63,676 bases of DNA, filler included, from Aduncisulcus paluster (GCA_024181965.1; 8 parts of 8 records of this genome joined end to end with filler, not necessarily neighbours in it); one strand, 5' to 3'; positions 50,101-61,176 are shown, numbered from the whole stretch's first letter. A program made the numbers and translations. Notes: a model not told the origin generated them from the letters alone.

Positions 50101-53072
50101 TACAGAACAAAACAAATTGTGATATTTTACGTCGAATAAGTGTTCTAATTTCTGAAAAAAGTGCAGAATTTGGAGAATTATTCCCATTTCATTGCATATC
50201 CATCCCTTTTGTTAGTATTTTAATTGAAATTTACTCAAATATCCGGAATGATCATCCATTTATAAAAATAGCTTCCCCTTCTTACTCCTCTTCTTCCTCC
50301 TCTTCTTGCTCCTCTTCTTGCTCTTCTTTTACTTCTAATGTTGATGCTATTATATGTTGTATTGAATTATGTGTGGATAAAATAGTGGGGACCACATGCA
50401 TTTCCTTGGGAGATATAATTAAATCGATAACATATCAAGTGGAAGAAGGAGACAAAGAAAATGCCAAAATGATCGAATTGGAAAAGAAGAGGAAATTCTT
50501 GCATAAAATTATACTTGAACTTTCTACACGTTGGTGTGTGTTTAACTGTTCATATTCTCGCAATCAGGTATTGTTTGAAGAAATAATGCATTCTTTATGC
50601 TTTTCTTTGGCCTTTCTCCAAGATTTGCATGATAAAACCAACGCAAAATCTCCATTGTCAAGTGTAAAGGAAGACAACCCCTCAAAAAAACAATTATTAG
50701 CAATTCCTTTCCTCTCTCATGTTGAAAAATGTTTGTTTCTGGTTCCTATTTCCAATGTAAATCTTATTTTTACATCCATTTCTCTAATATTTGATTGGTT
50801 AACTCCCACGTTTTTTGCTCAACTCATCATTAAACTTGGTGATATTTTCAAAGGGAATGTGACTCTATTGTATCGTATATTATGCAGATTAGAAAAAAAC
50901 AGGTGGAAAAGTGTCCAATGTATTGATAAAATAAGTATTGAACAACCATTGCAAAATCTATTGGCTTGTTTGTGTTCATTTATGAAAGCTAAAATTTCTT
51001 CATTCTATCTTAATCAACAAAGATCCTTTTCGATGGAGGAATATTCAGCCAAATATTCCTCAAAAGATGTCGATATCTCTTCCATTGTTCAAGATATTTC
51101 AAGATGTGTTCATTTATTATGTTCACTCATCAGTGCTTGTGAAGTGATTATTCCATGTAATTTCTTATTAGATGAGGTCATTGCACCATTTTATAACTGT
51201 ATAACAATAATTGATCAAGTCGATGAAATTTTTATTGAAGATAAGGAGTATTTTTTCCTTCATGTGATGGAATCTCTGTCTGATGTATTCTTTATATGTG
51301 ACTCATCCTTAGATATTGATAATATTCTGCATTTTAAAGGTTCAGATAGCCCAAATATTGTCCATATCCTTGAGGAAATCGTGGTGGGTGGTAAATGTTT
51401 TGCTCTTGGGCATAAGTATTCAAAAATTATTTCTTCTATGCATATCAAAGCAGTGATGCATTTTATAAGCCAAGCATCTGCTCTGTGTACGATATTCTTG
51501 GACTCAAAACGTCAGAGAGGTGAGAAGATCCATTCTGATACTCAGCATCAGATTCAACATCTCCTTGAAACCTTCCTTGATCATCCCATCCTTCCTTTGG
51601 AATCCATGGACTTCTTTTTACTCTCATCTTTCCTGCATTTGATGCTATTTGTTCCAACTTCAAGCCACAGTTACATTTCTCAGGTGTTGAATCAAAGCAC
51701 ACAAGTTACAACGAAACCAATTGGATATGAAGGAGAACAAGAATATTCAGAATCAAATAACGCTTTTGCTCTCCTTGAATGCCTTCAAACACACGTGATC
51801 CCATGTTTATCGACTCTAAGTTTCTCAAAGGATCACCAAAAAAAGATATCAGCTATATTTAGAAACATTCTAATTTTAGTCAATGTTCAGATTTCAATTA
51901 GCAAATCTCTTTCCAAAGCTAATGCTATTCGACTTATGCGTTTTTTGTTCCAATTTGCTCATGTATTGGATATTAAAGAAACTAAGGCGTCTATCACGGG
52001 TGATAAACAGAAAGAATTTATTTTGAATCATTTATTTTCCAAAGAGCAACGAATATTGATTGTTCGAAACTCAATTGATCTCTGTGTTGCTGATATTGTG
52101 GTCTTTTCTCTCATTTTTTGTTATGATAATGTTCCAGATCATTCATTTATTGATGTTTTGAAGTTGTTATCTGTTAAATTGTACCCTTCAATCTCTCTTG
52201 TCTGTTTGTTCATATGGTTACTGTGGAAAATAGATAAAAAAGAATCTAAAAGAATCGATATTACGGAAAAGTTATCATGTATTGACAATTTCTTGGATCT
52301 TGGAGCCATTCATAAATTTATATTTCCTCAAGAACCTCATAAACAATCGAAATTGATATTACTTTCTTCTGATAAACAAGATACCCATAGAGAGGANNNN
52401 NNNNNNNNNNNNNNNNATAAAAAAGAATCTAAAAGAATCGATATTACGGAAAAGTTATCATGTATTGACAATTTCTTGGATCTTGGAGCCATTCATAAAT
52501 TTATATTTCCTCAAGAACCTCATAAACAATCGAAATTGATATTACTTTCTTCTGATAAACAAGATACCATTCAGTCTTCTTCCTTATTTGCAGATGTATC
52601 AGCGCTTTTTGTATGTATTTTGAATAGAATTTGTGCTCTTGATCCAATTAATCCACCAAAAAAGATTGCATGTTCAATCGTTGTTGATACCCTGGTCCTT
52701 GTGCTTTCTCGTGATAACATTGAGATATTATCCACATCATCTGATGAACTTATTTCTCACCCATCTAAATTTAGTGATCCAATAATTACAACTTTAAGTA
52801 TTGCAAAACCTCCTACAAAACGACAAGCAGCATCATTATCCTCTCGAAAAGGCCGAACTATACGATCAATTCCCCAACCGACGTTGCTTCCACCTCTTGT
52901 TTCTCTCTCCAAGGATTGTGTTTTACTCTTGCGAGTTTTATCTGACATTCGACTTCCTTCTCGATTCGTTGTCGGTCATCGTAACCACATAACAATCTTC
53001 AAAAAGATACTTAAATGTCGAAATGATGAAGTTTTGAAAGATATTATTGACGATTTAGACGTTTCTATTTAA
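47136..53072 (+). CDS. Large hypothetical protein (~1900 aa), probably alpha-solenoid; 20-N gap with ~150-bp duplicated flank at 52234-52569
   Basis: Long ORF with Leu/Ile/Phe-rich amphipathic helices; no diagnostic motif. Confidence 0.8.
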   Translation: MDVFLSQLKDSLIAIAEVEEKKSTEPIVVSDFTLLFHESTLLHIFQNDSLKEEWLKIIEKTTFSAESFSMKRFLKLFFNFPILFSTQVISHIGEEFLLDICVWIMRIYIKSHEEQASALSSFQKSNSDKITALVSHLKPPFMSESLKSRITEVSSHKYDICPSIRSLPSSLPPFFYRYCEIIKTNRVTRIKQHNEHISMVLLLELILSTFRTHLEKQTLLSELFSSSNFDLSETLHLIMDSILCLSWSVFSCTIPSKSAYFAQKELFYSSIFSISEQYFTILDKLLLYLDHKGQKDTDKKVIDSALIKNVSNILILSCRIVYDDAIITKEELFSDRIIPICMVCFKLSVRISSSSSSSSSSSSSSSSSSSSSSALARISETITKEEEVDGEEQCSNIHERKLAVCVDLFVFVGFICLDYLCSLDHTTRSIPSPNSTVSQRKSSSPKIEISQMKKMEQDIKVLYIHEFNTKLCSFVLFLSEACKSINILSSHLKIDVFSTLFEVILHEMMGEERVFEDNEVELIENTEFYEVCEYSCSVCLEVNYFLIFHPILQSFLKSSHRTYFIHSSLVPCIEPAIRKYLTVLDNSEPKDDITYSRSGESKGLLHKGIIDAMSKTISHEKEHFLASLFEILCLCIHRYILESIELSHTPLLSPSSNIIEFFWLIDIVMKPQFEVFHSESIFQEISQILFSFLMQICANREIFSSLLKLPFDTIIIQLMWYFVIVTGEELNCLKNLGDNIGKSGTKGKDDFKYYSESILNLKQTLRSFVAFLQNLKDHLYTIFMTLFYAFPSKKNCNISILVYILNIWVSEYPQLTFDSSISERKVEDRMPEDGGKMAPKIDMSRKVKISEQLICCDLFQFCDISMLLKGFSYSTKVIQVQDEEQENQNNNSIKFQDLLCEESWVSQVIHIFSKLYDRFPDISVSLFSSLNCYLLQFPTNCILSVILCCVSAMKSPKCFDCMSGLFSNIAKKLETLDCNISDLFDPDLLQNKTNCDILRRISVLISEKSAEFGELFPFHCISIPFVSILIEIYSNIRNDHPFIKIASPSYSSSSSSSCSSSCSSFTSNVDAIICCIELCVDKIVGTTCISLGDIIKSITYQVEEGDKENAKMIELEKKRKFLHKIILELSTRWCVFNCSYSRNQVLFEEIMHSLCFSLAFLQDLHDKTNAKSPLSSVKEDNPSKKQLLAIPFLSHVEKCLFLVPISNVNLIFTSISLIFDWLTPTFFAQLIIKLGDIFKGNVTLLYRILCRLEKNRWKSVQCIDKISIEQPLQNLLACLCSFMKAKISSFYLNQQRSFSMEEYSAKYSSKDVDISSIVQDISRCVHLLCSLISACEVIIPCNFLLDEVIAPFYNCITIIDQVDEIFIEDKEYFFLHVMESLSDVFFICDSSLDIDNILHFKGSDSPNIVHILEEIVVGGKCFALGHKYSKIISSMHIKAVMHFISQASALCTIFLDSKRQRGEKIHSDTQHQIQHLLETFLDHPILPLESMDFFLLSSFLHLMLFVPTSSHSYISQVLNQSTQVTTKPIGYEGEQEYSESNNAFALLECLQTHVIPCLSTLSFSKDHQKKISAIFRNILILVNVQISISKSLSKANAIRLMRFLFQFAHVLDIKETKASITGDKQKEFILNHLFSKEQRILIVRNSIDLCVADIVVFSLIFCYDNVPDHSFIDVLKLLSVKLYPSISLVCLFIWLLWKIDKKESKRIDITEKLSCIDNFLDLGAIHKFIFPQEPHKQSKLILLSSDKQDTHREXXXXXXXXKKESKRIDITEKLSCIDNFLDLGAIHKFIFPQEPHKQSKLILLSSDKQDTIQSSSLFADVSALFVCILNRICALDPINPPKKIACSIVVDTLVLVLSRDNIEILSTSSDELISHPSKFSDPIITTLSIAKPPTKRQAASLSSRKGRTIRSIPQPTLLPPLVSLSKDCVLLLRVLSDIRLPSRFVVGHRNHITIFKKILKCRNDEVLKDIIDDLDVSI

Positions 53073-54369
53073 GATGGTGATGATTTTGGGTAATTCAACA
53101 TTTTTCTTCCCTGAAAATACATTTTTATGAATATTTTTACAATGTCAGAAGAAGTCGTTGAAGCCGATCGATTATCTCTACTGCCATGGGAACCTCCAAA
53201 AGATGTTGTCTTGAGAAGAAGAAGAAGAAGAGAAAGAATAACAATGTGAGGCATCGTTGGGATATCTTGGCTTAAGAGAATCTAATGAAACAAGAAAGGA
53301 CTTATTTGAACTCAACATTTAAATTCTGAGAGATTAACTCACTCATCATTCTGTCACACTTTTGACCAATACTATAACTTTCCCTTCTTATGTTGTTTGA
53401 ACATCTCTCTAGAGAAGTAATTCATCATTTTTCTCCCCTAATAAAACATTTTTATGAAGTTAATATTGGATAATATTCGATTTTTAGGACATTAATAATT
53501 TGTGTGTTCTAAAAATAGAATTTCTAAAAATAGAAATCATGTTTGTATTTTTGTCTAAAATGATCGAAATAATCGAGTTTTTGGAAATATTCTTATTATC
53601 TTCGACATTTCCTTGTGTTATTGGTTCTTTGTCTTTGATTTCCATCGTCTTGAACATTGAGATTCGTCGAGAGTTGGAGAAAGAGAAGCAAAAAAGAGAT
53701 TCACACTTCGAAGCCTTCCGAGCACGAGAATGGGATGATGCATTTTCATCTCCTTCCCATATTGTTGGTTTCAGGTCTCTGATCAATAAACTGTTGTGAA
53801 TGGGTGTTTGTGAAGTTNNNNNNNNNNNNNNNNNNNNNNNNNNNNNNNNNNNNNNNNNNNNTTAATTAATTAANNNNNNNNNNNNNNNNNNNNNNNNNNN
53901 NNNNNNNNNNNNNNNNNAAAGAAATAACCCCCAAAAAGAAATATTTTATTTCAATTTTATTGAATAATGCCATTTCAAGTAACAGAAACCAACAATTTGC
54001 TCGGATGAATTTCTTCTATAATATTATTGAAAGAAATACTCACTTCTATCCATAGATCTAGAACTTAGTTACTCACTAGTACTCTTTCAAAAGAAGCTTT
54101 CTTGTTGAACAAGTTCGACAACTGAGATATTGCATTTATTCCACATAAGTTGAGTTGTTCAGACAGAAGTTCAAACCGTTTTGGCCAAGCAAAGCCAAAA
54201 TAAACAAACGAAAAATCATATATAAGGCCATTATATATAATGGAAGGATAAACCGTGGGTTGACTAAAAAAAAGAAAAAAATCAATAAATACTTTACAAG
54301 ACCAACTTTAAGGCAAAAACAATAAGGAGAAAAAATCAGAACAAATTCATCTCACCAAAGACACAAAAC

Positions 54370-55719
54370 TTATTCAATATCTTCCTCGCCAGCCTCTTCA
54401 ACAAGACTATCTGTACCGATCTCCTCGTAATCCTTCTCAAGAGCAGCAAGGTCCTCACGAGCCTCAGAGAACTCACCTTCTTCAGCTCCAACTCCAACAT
54501 AGTGGTGAATAAAGGCACGCTTTTGATACATCAAATCAAACTTGTGATCAACACGAGACCACACTTCCGCCACAGCAGTTGTGTTGCTCATCATAAGACA
54601 ACTTCTCTGAACCTTGGCAAGGTCTCCACCAGGGACATGGGCTGGAGGTTGGTAGTTGATACCGACCTTGAAACCAGTGGGACACCAGTCAACGAATTGG
54701 ATAGTTCGCTTTGTTTTGATGGAAGCAATGGCTGCATTCACATCCTTGGGCACGATGTCTCCACGGAACATGAGCATGCATGACATGTACTTTCCATGAC
54801 GAGGATCACACTTGAGCATCATGTTGGCAGGCTCAAAGACAGAGTTCGTTATCTCAGCAACAGAATGGACCTCGTGATAGGCCTTTTCAGCAGAAATAGC
54901 GTGGTATGAGCAGAGGGGGAAGTGAATACGAGGGTATGGCACAAGATTGGTCTGGAACTCACAGAGATCACAATTCAGGGCACCGTCGAACCTCAAAGAG
55001 GCAGTAATTGAGGAAATACATTGAGCTATAAGTCTGTTAAGGTTAGTATAAGTTGGCCGTTCAATGTCAAGGCTTCGACGACAAATATCATACATGGCTT
55101 CGTTATCAACCAAAAAGGCACAATCTGTGTTCTCCAAACTGCTGTGGGCTGAGAGAACGGTGTTGTAGGGCTCCACAATGGTCGTAGAAAGGACGGGGGA
55201 AGGGTATACAGCGAATTCAAACTTGGCTTTCTTTCCATAATCGGTAGCAAGGCGTTCCAAAAGCAAAGAGGAAAAACCAGATCCAGTCCCACCACCAAAT
55301 GAATGGAAAATAAAGAATCCTTGGAGTCCACTACACTGGTCAGCCAACTTCCTTGTCCGATCGAGAACGAGATCAATAGATTGGCGTCCAAGAGCATAAT
55401 AAGCGGCGGCATAGTTGCTAGCAGCATCTTCTTTACCATTTATAATCTGTTCAGGATGATATAATTGACGATAAGCACCTGCACGGACTTCATCAACAAC
55501 AGTAGGCTCCAAATCAAATAAAACAGCACGGGGAACATGCTTTCCGGAACCCGTTTCAGAGAAAAATGTATTGAAAGCGTCATCTTCAATTCCTATGGAT
55601 TTATCAGAGGGACACTGACCATCTGGTTGTATACCATGTTCCAGACAAAAAAGTTCCCAACAGGCATTTCCAATTTGAACACCAGCTTGTCCAACGTGGA
55701 TACAAATAACTTCTCTCAT
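54370..55719 (-). CDS. TUBA: Alpha-tubulin, divergent paralog
   Basis: MREVI start, GGGTGSG, K40 loop (PSDKSIG), [26 protein letters not shown]. Confidence 0.97.
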   Translation of the reverse strand: MREVICIHVGQAGVQIGNACWELFCLEHGIQPDGQCPSDKSIGIEDDAFNTFFSETGSGKHVPRAVLFDLEPTVVDEVRAGAYRQLYHPEQIINGKEDAASNYAAAYYALGRQSIDLVLDRTRKLADQCSGLQGFFIFHSFGGGTGSGFSSLLLERLATDYGKKAKFEFAVYPSPVLSTTIVEPYNTVLSAHSSLENTDCAFLVDNEAMYDICRRSLDIERPTYTNLNRLIAQCISSITASLRFDGALNCDLCEFQTNLVPYPRIHFPLCSYHAISAEKAYHEVHSVAEITNSVFEPANMMLKCDPRHGKYMSCMLMFRGDIVPKDVNAAIASIKTKRTIQFVDWCPTGFKVGINYQPPAHVPGGDLAKVQRSCLMMSNTTAVAEVWSRVDHKFDLMYQKRAFIHHYVGVGAEEGEFSEAREDLAALEKDYEEIGTDSLVEEAGEEDIE

Positions 55720-56579
55720 TTTTTAAAGCGATTTTAAGCAAATCAGTGGCGTCATTTTCTCAAACGCACTAAGTGTAAATATTACGAAAAGATGGAAATA
55801 GAATCGAGGTTTATCCAATAATAATTCATAGATTAAATTTCAAACTCGGGCGAAAGTCGATAGATAGCCGAATATTAAAAAACCAATCATATCCATCAAT
55901 TTTTGGAGATTAACAAGCTAAAAATAATCAAATTATCAATAAAGTAAGTGAAAATTATATTTTGCTCAGAAATCTCAAAAAATGCATACTATATCATGGC
56001 TTAGTCATATTTCATGGTATAGTTCAACCGATATTATAATTTAAAAAATTTATAGGGTATTACCACATTTTCGATATTAGAATTGGTTATTGATTTTTAT
56101 GAATTACATTTGTAGTCGTTTGGAGCAACAAATTCACCCTCACATAAAAAGACTCAACAAAAAGAAAAATAGTTGCATGAGGTTACATTATGGCAACAAA
56201 ATAATTCCAAAAAAGAAATGAAAAATATTGTTGGTGCACCAAGAGTCCAATATCAGATTCTCGATTTTCCAGGCGCCAAAAACTATCATTGTCAATCTTT
56301 GCGTTGACGACAGATTGTAGTTAAATTTATTCAATATAGCATCATTTATAATGCAATTTATCCCGATATTTGCAATAATTCACATTGACAACAGCAGCAA
56401 AATAGAATCGAAAAAAAGTTTCAAAAAAAGCAGGAAATACACAAAATATTTACCCAATTTTTCTTTATTCTTTTTAATTAAATTGCTTTGAGATCTTTCT
56501 GATCATTAATATTATTTTTTGGAATTGTCGTAATGGCGATTTCAGTATTTTTTGCATTTGCCAACATTAAAAGACTCTG

Positions 56580-57351
56580 ATGGAGGGTAGTGAGGAAGAG
56601 ATTGAATCTACTGACGATATTACAGAAAAAATACAAACTATAAGAGCAGATTTTAAGAAACGAAGATGGAAAATTTTACGAACGAATCATAGGGAGGCAG
56701 TACGCCTAATTAAATTAGAATCGTCGCCTGTTCCAGATCAACCTATACCTAAAGCATCTCCAAAACCAAATATGTTTGTTCAAGCTTCAATGCAGCTCCA
56801 ACGGGCAGAACTTCGACGAAAAATCCGAGAAAGGCTTGCTGACAGAGATAAACAATTGCATATTATAAAGCAAAACGAAATATTAAGACAAGAAGCAAAA
56901 CAAAAAGAGGAAGAGCAATTAAGAGCAGCATTAAAACGACGTCAAGAAATTCAAGCAGAAAAAGATCGTCTTGAGAGGGAACAACATGCAATAGAAGATG
57001 AAGAACGGCGTAAGAGAGAAGAAAGTGCCATTAGAATTCGCGAAGAGTGGATGCAAAAGGCATTAAAAGCGAGACTACAGCAAGAACAGGAAGAACAAGA
57101 AAAACTTCAAAGAGAACAGGCATTACAAAAACAAAAGGAAGAAGAAGAACGGCAGAGACAGGAAGAAGAGCGATTGAGGATTGAGGAGGAGGAGAGACAG
57201 AGAAAAGAGCAAGAGAGAAGAAGGCTCGAGGAAGAAGCTCGGCTCAAGGCCATAGAAGAAGAAAGAATACGGAAAGAACAAGAAGCTGAACGGCTTAAAA
57301 AGGAAGCAGAAGAGAAAATATTACGAGAACAAGTCGAAGCTATTCTCACTG
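56580..57351 (+). CDS. E/R/Q-rich coiled-coil or single-alpha-helix protein (3' partial)
   Basis: ORF running into the spacer, with ER/K-rich repeats. Confidence 0.75.
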
Positions 57352-57452
57352 NNNNNNNNNNNNNNNNNNNNNNNNNNNNNNNNNNNNNNNNNNNNTTAAT
57401 TAATTAANNNNNNNNNNNNNNNNNNNNNNNNNNNNNNNNNNNNNNNNNNNNC

Positions 57453-60128
57453 CGTCTGTTCCGAGGCCTTGTTGCTGCTATTGATGGAAGAGACATCACT
57501 TTCCAAGCCACTGGCTCTGAGATTCCTTCTGCAAGCTCCAACACTTACTCTTCAATTGTCCTATACCAGTCGAACGTCACTCATAAGAGTTCCACCTATG
57601 TTGATGTTCCTGGACCTCTGGGTTACTCTGTGACGGACTATGATGGTGACGTGTACTCTATAACTTCAGGTGATAGGGAACTTGATATGAGTTCTGTTGG
57701 AGAGAATGCTATTATTGTGGATAATATGATGTATGTGTCTTTCGTTAAGGGCACACCATGTGACGATTACACTGTTTGTGAGAGAGCAAGAGAGATTGTT
57801 CTTAAACAATCACAAGCTGACAAATCGTCTTGGGGAAATTTAGCTAGTTTTGGAGATTCTTCTGAAGTCTTTGGTATTGATCTCTCTGATTGCAGCGGTG
57901 ATGACCCAGCATTATGTATTTCTTACACTAAAATTGAACGTGAGGACAAACCTGACAATTTTGATGCCACAGCTCTTGCTTCATGCGATAGAGAACTCAA
58001 TTTGTCTGAATCATGTTCATCTGTAGATTGTACTAATGGAGATACTGCCAACCATGAATGCTGTAAATGCGTAAGTTCCTTGTATGCCCAGCATTATCTC
58101 TGGAAATCATCCAACATCAACACTACAACCGATTCTGAAGGTGTTGTCACCGATTATTCCTTCTCTACTCACTTCCTCAATGAAGCTGAAGATGGATCTC
58201 TGAGTACATATGCATTTACCACTCACAATCGTCCCTCGTCCGACTGGGTTGGCTTTGTACCTGAGGTGGAGCTGTATGAGTATGGCAGTCAGTATGTTCA
58301 TATGTTCTATGAAGTGCAGAAGTATTACATCAACTCGAGTACTCTTAACGTACTTTCTACTGGTCAGAACATGACTAGAATACACTCATTCTCACCTCTT
58401 CAACGGAACTCTCATTTGTTCTATCATACTAAACCTACATCTCTTGTCTCTGATAACAGTTCCATGTACAATCTGATTGTCACGAGCGAAGGTTTGGTTA
58501 GTTTGAATACTTCTTCCTCCAATAGTGATGTTGATGGTGTGCTTGTTGAAGGTACCACGACTGTAACCGATGAGACGATATCAGACCGTGATAACAGTCG
58601 TCTGTTGGTATCTCTAGCTCTTGGTCCCAATATTGAGCTTACTGAGACAGATGAAGATGAAGGTCTTTCGACCGCAGATATGATTGCATTGTATTGTATT
58701 CCAAAGTATTCTTCTGATGGTAGTATCTACCCTGAAGATACCTCTTTTGTAATTGCTGAAGAGAACATCGATTTCTGTTCATCGAATTTCTTTAACAACC
58801 CTTCGGCACAATGGTTTGACTCTTGGTCCTTTTCTAATGATTCCACTTTCATTCAAATACTCGATTCCAGTGATTCTATTGATTCTTCTGAGACTAGGAA
58901 CTTATTCAGACATGGTATTTCCTTGAAACACGCTGTGATCCAGGATTCTATTTCAAAAGATGCCGACAACCAATTAGTTGTCACTCTCGAAGAAGGTTCT
59001 CATGAATTTATTATTGACTCTCTGCTCTCTGCTGACGGATCTATCGACTCTTATTCCTCTTCTGCCGTGTATAAAACCGATTCCGATTCATTAAATATCG
59101 CTTTGATATCGATTAACCATTCTTTGGTTGAGAATGAGTCCGATGATACTTATGTTCCAACTCATGCCACAAAGATACAGTATTATACGAACATTTTATC
59201 CGACGAAACCTCCCCTAGTCTGTCATCTGCCATGTTTGATACATGCATAGATTCTTTCGATTCAGGATTCACTGACTTCTTTGCATCAAACCTCAGTATT
59301 CGGTCGAATAGTTCCCTTGCTTCCAAAGTTCTGTTTGGTGTGCAGGTCCATCCAGACGTTGACACTGAGGACTATATTGAAGCAGATGGGGAAGTTTCTG
59401 GCCGATACATTGTATTCGATGAGAGTGGTAATTACCTCGAGTTCCCTGAGACATTACCTAGTGAAACTTCAATCATGATCTCTGATGCAGGTCAATATGA
59501 AGATTCCTCATACAAGTCAAACTTGGTCAAATATATCTATCTGAACACTGTTCAAGAAATTTCGACAGATTCTTTGATTGCTTCGCAAAGAAGGAACTAT
59601 AGAATTCAATATGATGATGATGTATCTGTCAGCTTGACTACTGACATTGAAGACGAATACACAATCGACTGTTCAGACCCTCGTCTCTTCCTATCACTGG
59701 TTTCAAATGAAGAGGAGAGTTTGTTTATTTGTATTGGGAATGATGATACAAATGTCATTATCAATGGAAGTGCTGTTGCTGCCACGGGTGCATCAGATGA
59801 TTCTCAGACCATTGCTGATCTCCGTCTCATTCTCACAACACCTGCAGGCAAATCGAATGCGGATTTGATTGTGCAATTGACAAAACTCACGACTGATTCT
59901 TCGGAATCTGATGACACTGGCGTTGTATGTTCTTCAGATTCTAAGATTTCGGTGATTCCAGCAGGGTCAACTTCTGAGATTACATTGTCTGAAGCTATTT
60001 CTGTCACTGAGAAACTCAATGCTTGTGAGTATAATGTTAAATTTACTGTTGAGGATACATCCGATCACATTATCGAGATTCGATTAGAAAATAATAATTT
60101 TGCTAAATTATATGGAACTTGGAATTAA
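57453..60128 (+). CDS. Acidic Ser/Thr/Asp-rich, probably extracellular protein (5' partial)
   Basis: Frame open from the contig start through ORF 57630..60128; Cys cluster and beta-rich composition. Confidence 0.75.
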   Translation, partial: RLFRGLVAAIDGRDITFQATGSEIPSASSNTYSSIVLYQSNVTHKSSTYVDVPGPLGYSVTDYDGDVYSITSGDRELDMSSVGENAIIVDNMMYVSFVKGTPCDDYTVCERAREIVLKQSQADKSSWGNLASFGDSSEVFGIDLSDCSGDDPALCISYTKIEREDKPDNFDATALASCDRELNLSESCSSVDCTNGDTANHECCKCVSSLYAQHYLWKSSNINTTTDSEGVVTDYSFSTHFLNEAEDGSLSTYAFTTHNRPSSDWVGFVPEVELYEYGSQYVHMFYEVQKYYINSSTLNVLSTGQNMTRIHSFSPLQRNSHLFYHTKPTSLVSDNSSMYNLIVTSEGLVSLNTSSSNSDVDGVLVEGTTTVTDETISDRDNSRLLVSLALGPNIELTETDEDEGLSTADMIALYCIPKYSSDGSIYPEDTSFVIAEENIDFCSSNFFNNPSAQWFDSWSFSNDSTFIQILDSSDSIDSSETRNLFRHGISLKHAVIQDSISKDADNQLVVTLEEGSHEFIIDSLLSADGSIDSYSSSAVYKTDSDSLNIALISINHSLVENESDDTYVPTHATKIQYYTNILSDETSPSLSSAMFDTCIDSFDSGFTDFFASNLSIRSNSSLASKVLFGVQVHPDVDTEDYIEADGEVSGRYIVFDESGNYLEFPETLPSETSIMISDAGQYEDSSYKSNLVKYIYLNTVQEISTDSLIASQRRNYRIQYDDDVSVSLTTDIEDEYTIDCSDPRLFLSLVSNEEESLFICIGNDDTNVIINGSAVAATGASDDSQTIADLRLILTTPAGKSNADLIVQLTKLTTDSSESDDTGVVCSSDSKISVIPAGSTSEITLSEAISVTEKLNACEYNVKFTVEDTSDHIIEIRLENNNFAKLYGTWN

Positions 60129-60538
60129 TTTCGAATATATGACACTTTTTAATGAGTAAAATCTATTTTTAGATCACAAGCACCTGTGTAAAAATTTTTT
60201 GTTTGTGTCAGTCGAGCATCCTTCGAAAGGGAAAAAAAGGAGAGACAATAGCATTGAACAGAGAGTTGTTTAGTGGTAGGGATTCTTCACTCTCTCTTCT
60301 TCGTCTCAATCCCAATTCACTTCGTGAAAGAGGAACGTGCCAACGACAGCATGAACAATGTGTGAAGTTTATCTGCCCCGGATATCCTTGTTCTTCCCAA
60401 GCTCTCCACATGAGGAATAAAATGAATGTGAACGAAACACAGAAGAGACCGAAATAAATTCGTGAAGTGCTAAAGCATGAAGTGGAGGGATAACATCAAC
60501 CTTCTTCTTGATAATGATCCTTTTGAGGACATTTTAAC

Positions 60539-61075
60539 TCATTTCAATGGAAGGCCTCGACCAATAACATCATCAACATGATCACTCTCAGAGGGGGTTT
60601 CTTTCTCAGGTTGGGAGGAGAAAACACGCCAGAACCTCAAAGTATCATCCCCAGCAGATACAACGGTGACATTGTCAGGACCCAAACGTGCATGGAGCAC
60701 CCTATTCGTATGTCCAGTAAAATCACCTATCCTCGTAAGGCGTGGATAAGACCAGAGCGTGAGTTGATTATGTTGAAACCCATGAGCAGAAAGGAGTTCA
60801 CGCCCATATGGACTCCATATTAATGCAGATACCTGAGATTCAGTGTCAACACGCTCAATGCATCGACCAGATGTTGTATTCCAGATACAGATGGAACGGT
60901 CAGTTGTACCACCACCAGTGGCAAGTAAATCGTGCTGGAAGGGGGCCCAAGCAAGGGCTTTAACAGCAGCACTATGCTCTTTCAGGGTGTGGATCGATTT
61001 CCCGCCTTCTCTTCTCCAAATCTTGACAGAATTATCATTGCTTCCACTAGCAAAATGTTTCCCAGAAGGAGACCA
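60539..61075 (-). CDS. CDC20: Cdc20/Cdh1 (Fizzy family) WD40 APC/C activator, C-terminal 178 aa (5' partial; not in ORF track)
   Basis: Manual translation: ASGSNDNSVKIW...HSAAVKALAWAPFQHDLLATGGGTTDRSICIWNT...SQVSALIWS...ELLSAHGFQHNQLTLWSYP...GHTNRVLH...AGDDTLRFW...GLPLK*. Confidence 0.92.
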   Translation of the reverse strand, partial: WSPSGKHFASGSNDNSVKIWRREGGKSIHTLKEHSAAVKALAWAPFQHDLLATGGGTTDRSICIWNTTSGRCIERVDTESQVSALIWSPYGRELLSAHGFQHNQLTLWSYPRLTRIGDFTGHTNRVLHARLGPDNVTVVSAGDDTLRFWRVFSSQPEKETPSESDHVDDVIGRGLPLK

Positions 61076-61176
61076 GNNNNNNNNNNNNNNNNNNNNNNNN
61101 NNNNNNNNNNNNNNNNNNNNTTAATTAATTAANNNNNNNNNNNNNNNNNNNNNNNNNNNNNNNNNNNNNNNNNNNN

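Noticed and set aside
53484-53799. Overlapping ~100-aa ORFs on both strands at a contig end
   Set aside because: No motif and no clear coding strand; a gene call cannot be supported.
54370-54372. Alternative genetic code (TAA/TAG = Gln as in hexamitid diplomonads)
   Set aside because: Conserved genes (tubulin, cofilin, ARC1) end at TAA at the expected positions, and long ORFs are open in the standard code.
56231-56280. TTGGTGCACCAA palindrome and E2F-like TTTGGCGC site
   Set aside because: Single short matches that are expected by chance.
60130-60538. Possible snRNA (Sm-site-like AATTTTTTG) or SECIS/readthrough after the Cdc20 TGA
   Set aside because: No diagnostic snRNA motif or SECIS core seen; readthrough would add only ~22 unremarkable residues.
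8017-61176. Seven identical TTAATTAATTAA palindromes as a biological repeat, and gene neighbourhoods across them
   Set aside because: They sit in fixed N44 flanks and are artificial contig linkers, so genes on different contigs (e.g. tubulin and CEP41) are not linked.
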